A stretch of 29,043 bases of DNA from a virus (Duplodnaviria; Caudoviricetes), in IMG/VR virus record IMGVR_UViG_3300030376_000060, positions 1 to 29,043 of that record. The stretch is one strand, 5' to 3'. Position 1 is the stretch's first letter. Every line of letters begins with the position of its first letter. The notes beneath the pieces were generated by a model. It did not search any database. It was not told where the DNA came from and saw nothing but the letters and a program-made list of their open reading frames with translations. Below, one piece after another: positions 7,365-15,900 of this stretch. The position numbers were made by a program, and so were the translations under genes.

Positions 7365-9260
7365 ATGGTAGAAGATAAAGTAGGACACAAACCTTATTTA
7401 GGTATTGAAATAAATTACGATAAAGAAAAAAAGCTAGACAAGTTTAGTTTAGATACATTAAGAGATAGATATTTCTGGGAGGAAGAAACACATGCACAAG
7501 AAGCTTTTGCTAGGGCTGCAGTATTTGCTGCCACCTTCAAGGGTGTTACGGATTATGAAATGGCTCAAAGACTGTATAACTACAGTTCCGATTGTTGGTT
7601 CATGTTTAGCACTCCTATACTTAGCAACGGGGGAACAACTCGTGGGCTACCTATTAGCTGTTTTCTCAATTATGTTCCCGATAGTCGTGATGGGTTATCT
7701 TCTCATTATGACGAAAATATTTGGTTGGCTAGTTCGGGGGGTGGAATTGGTGGATACTGGGGAGATATTAGGAGTAATGGTATTTCTACTTCTAGTGGGA
7801 GTCGTTCTACTGGAAGCATTCCATTCATCCATGTAGTTGATTCTCAAATGTTAGCCTTTAATCAAGGTGTAACTAGACGAGGCAGTTACGCTGCTTACAT
7901 GGATATATCTCATCCAGAGATTGAAGAGTTTATAAACATGAGAAAAGAGTCCGGTGGCGATATAAATAGAAAGTGTTTAAACTTACACAACGGTATTAAC
8001 ATCACTAATGATTTTTTAAAAGCTGTTAAAGACGATTCTGATTGGAGGTTAATAGACCCTAAAACAAATGAAGCTGTTAAAACTATAAACGCTAGAGAGT
8101 TATGGTGGCAGATTATCTATGCAAGAGCAGAAACAGGAGAGCCTTACATGATAAACATAGACAACTGTAACGATGCTTTACCCCAAGGACAAAAAGATTT
8201 AGGTTTAGAAATAAAACAAAGCAACCTATGTTCAGAAATAACTTTACCTACTAACGAAGAAAGAACAGCAGTATGTTGTTTGTCTAGTGTTAACTTAGAA
8301 CATTATGATGAATGGTCTAAAGACGATTACTTTATAAAAGATTTAATAACTATGTTAGATAATGTTCTACAACATTTTATTGAGAATGCTATTGACACAT
8401 CACAACTGGGAGAATATAATGCAAACTTTAAAAGATTTAAAGGATATGTCAAAGAAGGCAAAGAAGGCTTTACAAAAGCTGCTTATTCAGCTTACAGAGA
8501 ACGTTCTTTGGGATTGGGTGCGATGGGTTTTCATGCCTATCTACAATCAAACGGCATACCTTTTGAAGGAATCCAAGCTACGGGATTTAACTATCAAGCG
8601 TTTAAACATATTAAAAAGAAAGCTACGAAAGCTAGTGAGGAACTGGCTGATATTCGTGGTGAAGCACCTGATGTATCTGGTTCTGGGATGCGTAATGCTA
8701 ATCTCCTTGCCGTTGCTCCTAACGCTAGTAGTAGTATTATATGTGCTGGTACGTCTCCCTCAGTAGAACCTTATCGAGCAAACGTCTTTACTCACAAAAC
8801 TTTATCAGGTTCTTATCAAGTAAAAAATAAATACTTAGAAAAAGTTTTAAGAAGTAAAGGATTAAAAGGAGAAGAACTTGACAACGTTTGGAAAGACATT
8901 GCCGGTAAAAACGGTTCAATACAACACCTGTCTATGTTAGACGATACTGAAAAAGAATTATTTAAAACTGCAAATGAGATAAATCAAATATGGATTATTG
9001 AACATGCCCATAAAAGACAAGAGTTTCTTTGTCAGAGTCAGTCAATAAATTTATTTTTTGTGTTACCGAAAGCCACTGAAGAACAAGATGCTCACGATAC
9101 ATATATGCAATATGTAAATGATGTTCACTGGTACGGTATGCATAATTTAAAATCACTTTATTATTTTAGGTCTGATGCAGCTAGAGCAGCAGAGAATGTT
9201 AATATAAAAGTTCCACGAATAAAGCTAGATGATGTGGAATGTATAGCTTGTGAGGGATAA
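7365..9260 (+). CDS. nrdA: Ribonucleotide reductase class Ia alpha subunit, no ATP cone
   Basis: FSTPILSN; PISCF; SNLCSE radical Cys; VCCLSS; APNASSS; SLYY; C-terminal CIACEG. Confidence 0.97.
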   Translation: MVEDKVGHKPYLGIEINYDKEKKLDKFSLDTLRDRYFWEEETHAQEAFARAAVFAATFKGVTDYEMAQRLYNYSSDCWFMFSTPILSNGGTTRGLPISCFLNYVPDSRDGLSSHYDENIWLASSGGGIGGYWGDIRSNGISTSSGSRSTGSIPFIHVVDSQMLAFNQGVTRRGSYAAYMDISHPEIEEFINMRKESGGDINRKCLNLHNGINITNDFLKAVKDDSDWRLIDPKTNEAVKTINARELWWQIIYARAETGEPYMINIDNCNDALPQGQKDLGLEIKQSNLCSEITLPTNEERTAVCCLSSVNLEHYDEWSKDDYFIKDLITMLDNVLQHFIENAIDTSQLGEYNANFKRFKGYVKEGKEGFTKAAYSAYRERSLGLGAMGFHAYLQSNGIPFEGIQATGFNYQAFKHIKKKATKASEELADIRGEAPDVSGSGMRNANLLAVAPNASSSIICAGTSPSVEPYRANVFTHKTLSGSYQVKNKYLEKVLRSKGLKGEELDNVWKDIAGKNGSIQHLSMLDDTEKELFKTANEINQIWIIEHAHKRQEFLCQSQSINLFFVLPKATEEQDAHDTYMQYVNDVHWYGMHNLKSLYYFRSDAARAAENVNIKVPRIKLDDVECIACEG

Positions 9261-9261
9261 T

Positions 9262-9693
9262 ATGAAACACAGTATAGCAATGTTAATAGTTAGTATACTA
9301 GGTATTGGTGGAATACTCTATACAACTATCATAAATGCAGAAGTGTCTGGGTACGGAGACGTACATGGTTGTGGAGGTGAATGTTACAAAGAATATACTG
9401 TAAAGTATGGTACATTTACAGAACAACTAGAAGCAAAAAGAGTTGCAATGCAAACAGAAACACCTGCTGATAAAGGTGCTAAGATATATGTTAACTGTAA
9501 TATGTGTCACGGCATGAAAGGAGAAGGAGGTATTGGACCGAAACTATCTGGCAGTACGTCTATTGTAAAAATGTTAATGCAATATAAAAACGGAGAAACT
9601 AGAGGTGCACAGTCTGCTCTTATGTGGGGTCAAGCTGCTAACTTATCTTCTGAAGATATGAAAAATTTACAAGCTTACATTGATACTTTATGA
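9262..9693 (+). CDS. Exported monoheme cytochrome c (c553/c4-like)
   Basis: Hydrophobic signal/anchor ending INA-E; G.KIY..CNMCHG..GEGGIGPKL; YKNGETRG...LM..QA..LS.EDM..L.AYI.TL with the axial Met. ATG 9262 has a GAGGG SD. Confidence 0.9.
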   Translation: MKHSIAMLIVSILGIGGILYTTIINAEVSGYGDVHGCGGECYKEYTVKYGTFTEQLEAKRVAMQTETPADKGAKIYVNCNMCHGMKGEGGIGPKLSGSTSIVKMLMQYKNGETRGAQSALMWGQAANLSSEDMKNLQAYIDTL

Positions 9694-9914
9694 AACCAAG
9701 ACATGTTAAGAGATTTGAAGATTCTTTATCTTATCCAGAGTATACTGAAGAAGATAAAAAGAAAGGCATGAACAATAAAGACCTAGATTTTATGACAGAA
9801 AAACCTTTGCTTTGGTCAGTAATTCTACCTTCTATTTTCGTTATTGGTATAGGATTGTTACCTTTTATTTTAATGCTAATCTTTTTTGACAAACCAGAAT
9901 TTCTTAAACCATAA
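9690..9914 (+). CDS. Small membrane protein (74 aa, one C-terminal TM segment)
   Basis: ATGA overlap with the cytochrome c stop; hydrophobic LLWSVILPSIFVIGIGLLPFILMLIFF. Confidence 0.7.
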   Translation: MKPRHVKRFEDSLSYPEYTEEDKKKGMNNKDLDFMTEKPLLWSVILPSIFVIGIGLLPFILMLIFFDKPEFLKP

Positions 9915-9927
9915 GGAGGTAATTATT

Positions 9928-10086
9928 ATGAAATGTTGGCACTGTAATACAGAATTAATTTGGGGTGGAGACCACGATATTGAAGAAGAAAACGAAGATT
10001 ACATTATTGAAACTAATTTAAGTTGCCCTAATTGTAAAACACTTGTTATGGTTTATTTACCTAGAGGAGAAAATTATTATGACTAA
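9928..10086 (+). CDS. Small Zn-ribbon protein (52 aa)
   Basis: Perfect TAAGGAGGT SD at 9912-9920; CWHC...CPNC. Confidence 0.8.
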   Translation: MKCWHCNTELIWGGDHDIEEENEDYIIETNLSCPNCKTLVMVYLPRGENYYD

Positions 10087-10288
10087 ATATTCAGGAGCAC
10101 TATTGTATAAAGCTCTAGAAACAAAATACAAAGCAGAAAAAGCAGAAGCTAAAGCTAACCTTGAAGTATTTTTTGAACACAAAGTAGCCGTAGCAGACCA
10201 CCCTAATGTTGTCGAGTCTATGGATAAACTTATAAAAAAATATTCGAGTGCTTCAGAAAAATTAGAAATATTACAGGAGGATTTTTAA
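10079..10288 (+). CDS. Hypothetical helical protein (69 aa)
   Basis: GAGGAG SD before ATG 10079; TAATG coupling to nrdB. Confidence 0.75.
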   Translation: MTKYSGALLYKALETKYKAEKAEAKANLEVFFEHKVAVADHPNVVESMDKLIKKYSSASEKLEILQEDF

Positions 10289-11286
10289 TGAGCTTATTAG
10301 GAACAAGAGATTACTACAAACCATTTGATAACCCATGGATGTTTGATTACTATGTATTACAAAATCAAATGCATTGGATGCCAGAGTCTGTACCTTTACA
10401 TACAGATGTTAAAGATTGGCAAGAGTTATCTAATACTGAAAAGAACTTATTAACACAAATATTCAGGTTGTTTACACAGTCCGATGTAGATGTTGGTTCT
10501 GGTTATATAGATAGATACATGAGAATATTTAAAAAACCAGAAGCAAGAATGATGATGGGTTCATTTGCTAACATGGAGTCTATACACCAACATGCTTATA
10601 GTTTATTGTTAGATACTGTCGGTATGCCTGAGATAGAGTACAAAGCTTTTTCCGAATACGAAGAGATGTCTAACAAACACGAGTACATTAGTAATTTGAA
10701 AACAACTAAAAGAGATAAAGAAAGTATTGCAAAAACTTTAGCAGTGTACTCAGCTTTTACTGAAGGACTACAACTGTTCAGTAGCTTTGCAATCTTGTTA
10801 AACTTTCCAAGGTTCGGTAGAATGAAAGGTATGGGTCAGATAGTTACCTATTCTATTAGAGATGAGTCAATGCATGTTGAAGCCATGACAAAACTTTTTA
10901 GAGAGTTTATTCAAGAGAACATAGAAATATGGACTGACAAGTTTAAAAAAGAATTATACGATATATGTAGACACATGGTAGAACTTGAAGATAAATTCTT
11001 AGACTTAGTGTTTGATATGGGAGACATACAAGGATTAACTAAGAAAGATATGTATGCCTATAATAGATATATAGCAGATAGAAGACTGCTACAACTAGGA
11101 CTCAAAACAAACTTTGACCAAAGGGAGAATCCGTTAGGTTGGTTAGATGAAGTTATGGGAGTTGAACATCAAAACTTTTTTGAGGGTCGTGCTACTTCAT
11201 ACATGAAGGCAGGATTAAGAGGAAGACAAGACCAGATAACTTTCGCATCCATGGAGGAGAATAATGGCGAAGAAGAAAGAAGCTAA
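10288..11286 (+). CDS. nrdB: Ribonucleotide reductase class Ia beta subunit
   Basis: HWMPE; FTQSD; ESIHQHAY (Fe ligands and radical Tyr); EGLQLFSSF; RDESMH; NFFE.R.TSY. Confidence 0.97.
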   Translation: MSLLGTRDYYKPFDNPWMFDYYVLQNQMHWMPESVPLHTDVKDWQELSNTEKNLLTQIFRLFTQSDVDVGSGYIDRYMRIFKKPEARMMMGSFANMESIHQHAYSLLLDTVGMPEIEYKAFSEYEEMSNKHEYISNLKTTKRDKESIAKTLAVYSAFTEGLQLFSSFAILLNFPRFGRMKGMGQIVTYSIRDESMHVEAMTKLFREFIQENIEIWTDKFKKELYDICRHMVELEDKFLDLVFDMGDIQGLTKKDMYAYNRYIADRRLLQLGLKTNFDQRENPLGWLDEVMGVEHQNFFEGRATSYMKAGLRGRQDQITFASMEENNGEEERS

Positions 11287-11485
11287 TATAATAAGTTTTA
11301 AAGTAGTGCTTACTGCTAACAACGATATTGTTACGGAGTTAAGTATGCTACCGGTAGAAGAAGTAGATAAGGTATTTAAAACTAGAGACGAGAATGAGAT
11401 AGTTAAGACTATCCTACAGGCAGGGAAAAAGAAATTTTCCACCTTACATAATTATTTTCAGAGTGAACTAGATTTTATAAAGTAG
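11264..11485 (+). CDS. Hypothetical protein (73 aa), last gene of the + strand block
   Basis: GGAGGAG SD; overlaps the end of nrdB. Confidence 0.75.
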   Translation: MAKKKEANIISFKVVLTANNDIVTELSMLPVEEVDKVFKTRDENEIVKTILQAGKKKFSTLHNYFQSELDFIK

Positions 11486-11488
11486 TTC

Positions 11489-11581
11489 TTATAGTGCTGT
11501 AATTGAAGCATACATTACTGTCATTGTTATCCAGAACAGGATACAGAGGACACAGAAATCCTCGCCATTGCCATTTCTCAC
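11489..11581 (-). CDS. Unannotated 30-aa single-TM peptide (MRNGNGEDFCVLCILFWITMTVMYASITAL)
   Basis: GTG start with GGAGGT 11 nt upstream; fills the gap after the holin; strongly hydrophobic. Confidence 0.5.
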   Translation of the reverse strand: MRNGNGEDFCVLCILFWITMTVMYASITAL

Positions 11582-11615
11582 TAGCTTTTTTTACCTCCGT
11601 AAGCATTGGTTAAAA

Positions 11616-11978
11616 TTATTTTGAATCTGTTTTCTTTAGTTTATCGTAACTTCTCATTCCAGCAATACCTAACATACCTGTTAGAAGTGGCATCATCACA
11701 CCGGCATCAGCTTGTGGTATGTCAATACCAAAACCTTTTGCCACTGGAGAGATTAAAAAGTTAATAGCTAATCCGGCAACACAAACATAGCCTGTTAGTG
11801 GTCGCCATGAAGATTGAAACCAGTTGCCTTTCGCTTCTAGTTTATTTATTTCTACTTGTGCTAGATTAGCCTGATGAAATAGTGTTTTTAGTTCGTGGTC
11901 AAGTTGGGCTTGTAAGTCTTTATCTTTTACTAGCTTACCAACTAAATTACTCACTGGTTTTATTAATGTTTCAAACAT
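11616..11978 (-). CDS. Holin, GTA-type 3TM family
   Basis: AQVEINKLEA...WFQSSWRPLTGYVC...LLTGMLGIAGMRSYDK. Start re-called to MFETL at 11978. Confidence 0.85.
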   Translation of the reverse strand: MFETLIKPVSNLVGKLVKDKDLQAQLDHELKTLFHQANLAQVEINKLEAKGNWFQSSWRPLTGYVCVAGLAINFLISPVAKGFGIDIPQADAGVMMPLLTGMLGIAGMRSYDKLKKTDSK

Positions 11979-12330
11979 CTTTTGCCTCCAATATTTTTCT
12001 AAGTTTTTCTGCTTTCTCCATAGCTGAGTCAGCATGTAAATCTTGGTCTACAACTTTTTCAAGTTTTATAGAATCTATTTTTTGATTGGGAATATACCTC
12101 CATGTATATCCATCATCTGAGTATACCCCGAATACAGTCTGGGTAAACCCTATTTTAATTATCATTGCCACTTGTCCATCGAGAATAACTTTGTCTCCTT
12201 CTTTAAAAGAGTTACTAAGTCTAAAGGAAGCACCTTTTACAAAAGACATAGACCAGTCTTTCACAGCTAGACCAGTTAGCAAAGTTATTATAAAGCCGAT
12301 AGCCTCGACATAGTATTGTTCTAAGTCCAT
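11971..12330 (-). CDS. Truncated MscS-like mechanosensitive channel protein
   Basis: One TM helix, then LAVKD..MSFVKG (TM3-like), FKEGDKVILDG...IIKIG...T...YIPN (MscS beta domain). Confidence 0.7.
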   Translation of the reverse strand: MDLEQYYVEAIGFIITLLTGLAVKDWSMSFVKGASFRLSNSFKEGDKVILDGQVAMIIKIGFTQTVFGVYSDDGYTWRYIPNQKIDSIKLEKVVDQDLHADSAMEKAEKLRKILEAKDV

Positions 12331-12331
12331 A

Positions 12332-12586
12332 TTATTTTATTTCAGGGTCAAAGTCTATAGTTCTTTCTAGAGCTTTATTAACTTGCTCAATAACATATTC
12401 AGCAACGTCTTGTTCTTTTTTCTCTAGTTTTTTTTCTACAGAATTTGTAAAGTATGTATCTAGTAAAGCTTCATAGATGTTTCTAAAGTCTTCTCGCCTT
12501 ATCCAAGGCTCGTCACCTTTGGTTCTAGCTTTGCAATCTATTCTATATGCTTCGTCTAAATCTCTTTCTCTGTATAATATCAACAT
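12332..12586 (-). CDS. Hypothetical protein (84 aa)
   Basis: TAATG coupling with the endolysin stop gives the start MLILYRE at 12586. Confidence 0.7.
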   Translation of the reverse strand: MLILYRERDLDEAYRIDCKARTKGDEPWIRREDFRNIYEALLDTYFTNSVEKKLEKKEQDVAEYVIEQVNKALERTIDFDPEIK

Positions 12587-12951
12587 TAGTAGCTCCAAAT
12601 ACGAGGAGTAGCTCGTGAGTTATCCATGTCTAGATGAATAAACCTTGAAGCATGGTCTCCTTTTTGTGCAACTCCTATCCTATTAATACCCTCTTCCAGA
12701 GCTATTTTAACGAGTGTCATGGCTTGTTCTCCGTTGACAAGTATATCCATAGCCTTACCAGAAGAATGAGCTCCGGGGGTGCTCTTTTTGGCTTCTATGG
12801 GATGCTCTGGAGAACGATAAGCACTGCTTACTTTGAAAGGGAAACCACAACGTTCTCTAATCCTTTCAACTGTTTGCATAAATGCCCAGTCCATATCACA
12901 TAGACCGGTGTGTTTGCATTTTAGTTCATCTTCTGTAAAGTATTTATACAT
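12586..12951 (-). CDS. Endolysin, peptidase M15A family
   Basis: YFT.DELKC; SSAYRS; H..GKAMDI; FIHLD (Zn ligands H, D, H); PRIWSY. Confidence 0.9.
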   Translation of the reverse strand: MYKYFTEDELKCKHTGLCDMDWAFMQTVERIRERCGFPFKVSSAYRSPEHPIEAKKSTPGAHSSGKAMDILVNGEQAMTLVKIALEEGINRIGVAQKGDHASRFIHLDMDNSRATPRIWSY

Positions 12952-15900
12952 TATTTATCATTTACAAATGGGCTTACACCTTTTTCTACACTTTCTTTGT
13001 AATGCTTTCTAGCATTCCTATTCATTTGTCTACCAACTTTAGTTTCAAATATATTGTTTTTTTCAAAATCAAAGTTTTGTATAAACTCTATTTGTTTATC
13101 TGTGGTATATGGATTTAGTAGTGGATAAAAACCTTCTTCAGTATCTGGCTTACCAGCAGAAAGCTCTGTCATTGTTTTCCCACTAACATTATTTTTAATT
13201 CTACCTTTATGCCCTATCTGAGATTTTTTAGTTCCGTCTAGTCTTAGAGAGTTATCTACTTCTGTTCCTTCAAAAAAACCTAATCGTTCTTCATCATCTT
13301 GTAAAAGTTTGTAAATTAAAAACTCTTCTGGTTCAGTAGGAGTTTCAACATTACCACCCGTTGAGAAGTTAAAAATTCTACCATCTTTCAGGTTTACTTC
13401 AAATCTTTTATCAGTTGGTTTAGCTTTAGTAACATTTTTACCAAGAACTAAAGGACCGATTTGAATTACTTCATCTGCATTTACAACTGGCATACCGTCT
13501 GCTTTATCGTAGAAGTAACTAAATCTATATGGGTTCATACCTATTTGAGACCACTCAGGGTCATCCATATATTGTTGAGCTTTTTTAAATGCTTCGTCTG
13601 CAGTATGGTCTTTCCACAAACCATTTGCTCTAGCAAAAGTTGATTTGCTCTTATATGTTGCTATATTATATGCTGTTTCTGGGTTAGTATTAAAGATTAC
13701 ATCTGTTATCCATCCAGTATTTGAATATCCGACTGATTTACCTGACCTACCTAATCCTTCATGTATAGAAACAACCCATGTATCATAATTATTATATGAA
13801 GGTATATCTAAACGTAGACCTACTTCTGTTCCAGTCGAAAGCTTGGGTATGTCTGCTCCAATAACTCCTACTCCTTCTTTTATTAAACCAGCATTTAAAC
13901 TTCTAACCACATCAATAAGAGGAGTCATTTCAGGAACTTGTTTAAACGGAACAATAGGCATTAGTTTATTAACTTCATTCCTATATTCATCTACAGAAAT
14001 TTTATTCTTACTTAAATCTTCAGCAGCATTTGCTAGTTCTGGTATTCTTTTTCTTTTCTGAGGCAGTCCTGTATCTTTTTCTTTTATTTTTACTTCAGCT
14101 TCAGCTTTAGCTCTCCAAGCCATTACATCTTTGTTTTTTAAATTAAAAAATTTGAAAGCTGGAAGAGTATCATCTATTGGTTTTTTGGTTCGTTCTTTTT
14201 GTTTTAGCTGAAATTTTTCTTCTTTAGCAAGAGTCTGCTCGTCTACTTTTTTAGCTACATTTTCTGTGGCTTCTTCCACCTGCTCTTTTACTTTTGGAGG
14301 AACAAAGTCATCTATAGCTTTAACAGGAAAGTTTTTTAACACATAAAGTTCTGCTTCAGGACTATTTATATAACCTTTTCTTAAACTAGGAGTATCAATA
14401 ATTAAATCAAAACCTTCTTCTCTTAAAAACTTACCTGCTGCTCTTGCTATTCTTGCAAAATCTCCAGAGTCAACTTTTAAACTACCTTCGGCTCTCCCTA
14501 ATAAAACTCCTAAAGCATCAGATAAATCATCAGTTTCTGGAGTTGGGTCAAAGTTAATATCATTTAACTCAGCTAGTTTAGTTCTCATTTTTAACTTCAT
14601 ACTAGGAGTAGGGTTATCTAATATATATGGTTTTTGAGCAGAGCTAATATCTATTTCGTGTAGTCTATATTCTGATTCAGGAATAAGTAAAGATTTACCA
14701 TCACTTGCTTCTACTTTTGGAAATGCATCTGGAGAAGCATAAGTTTGAGCATGGAACTTATCAGAAGCAGCAAACACTGATTCCGTGCCTTCTGGACTGT
14801 CTACTATCCTACTTGTACCACCACGATAAACTTTATCTGGTAAAGCATTTAATAATTCTTCTGCAGGAACTTCTTTACCTTCTGCTATGTTTTTTAACAG
14901 AAATTTTAATCCAGCTCTAATTCCTCCTGCAACAAACTTTTTACGTCTTTGTAAATTATTTAACAAACCACCATAGGTTTTAGGAATTCTATCTTCTTGT
15001 CTATCTTTTAAAGTAGCTAAGACACCTTTTGAAGTTTCACTGTACGGTTCTCCTGTTACTGGATTAATTCTATCTGCAGGATTTTCTTCAGTGAAAGGCA
15101 CGTCTTCAGTTCCTGTTATTAATCCTCCAGTAGATTTAGTTAATCTACCTTTTTCTAAATCTTTTTCAGAGTAATCTAGGATTGGTAGACTACTAAACTT
15201 TTGTTCTTCAGTAGACAAAGCTCTTTTTATTTCAAAATAATCACTAGCTAAATTTTTATTATTTACCAACCTTTCTAATATACCAGAAGTTATTTTAATA
15301 GGAGTAAAACGATTACCTCCCATTAAATATTTTGCTTCAGGTTTAGAAAGTTTATCTTTCAAAACAGGATATGTATTTAAACCTAACCTTCTTGCAGCAC
15401 TTGTATGATTGTAAAATTCTCTATAAGTTTCATAATGTCTTGCTTGAATATCTTTATAATTTTCAATAAAATCTTCTTTAGATTCTGCATTACTAGCAGC
15501 GTTAGCTAATAACCCTCTTCTTGCACTTAAATCTCTACTGTAACTATTGGTATTCATTTCATATACATTTGTCATGTATTCTTTATTTAAAACTGTAACG
15601 CCTATACCAGTTAATAATTTAATAATTTCTTTACCTTTATGTATTTCTTGATTAAATTTAGTTTCATCTTTACCATAATTATTTACATATCTTTGTATGC
15701 TTTTAGCTGTTCCCGGAATAAAATTTTTCGTTAAATTTGCTACAAAAATTTGCATGTTAGCTGGGTCTAAAAGACCTGCAGCAGTATCATATACTTTAGT
15801 TTTATTAAAAGGATTTCTCATAAGTCTTCCTTCAGAATCTCTACCATTTCTAGCAATATAATCAATTCCTGTACTTGGAGTCATAGTAGTTCCGAAAAAT

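Noticed and set aside
7492-8766. Same-strand alternate-frame ORFs inside nrdA (7492-7836, 8362-8766)
   Set aside because: Fully nested in a conserved enzyme gene, with no recognisable motifs or convincing RBS.
11476-11606. Alternative 43-codon - strand ORF (MLTEVKKASEKW...) or a programmed frameshift at the A7 run (11586-11592)
   Set aside because: That ATG has no SD, a -1 shift meets an immediate stop, and the GTG-start frame has an SD and a coherent TM helix.
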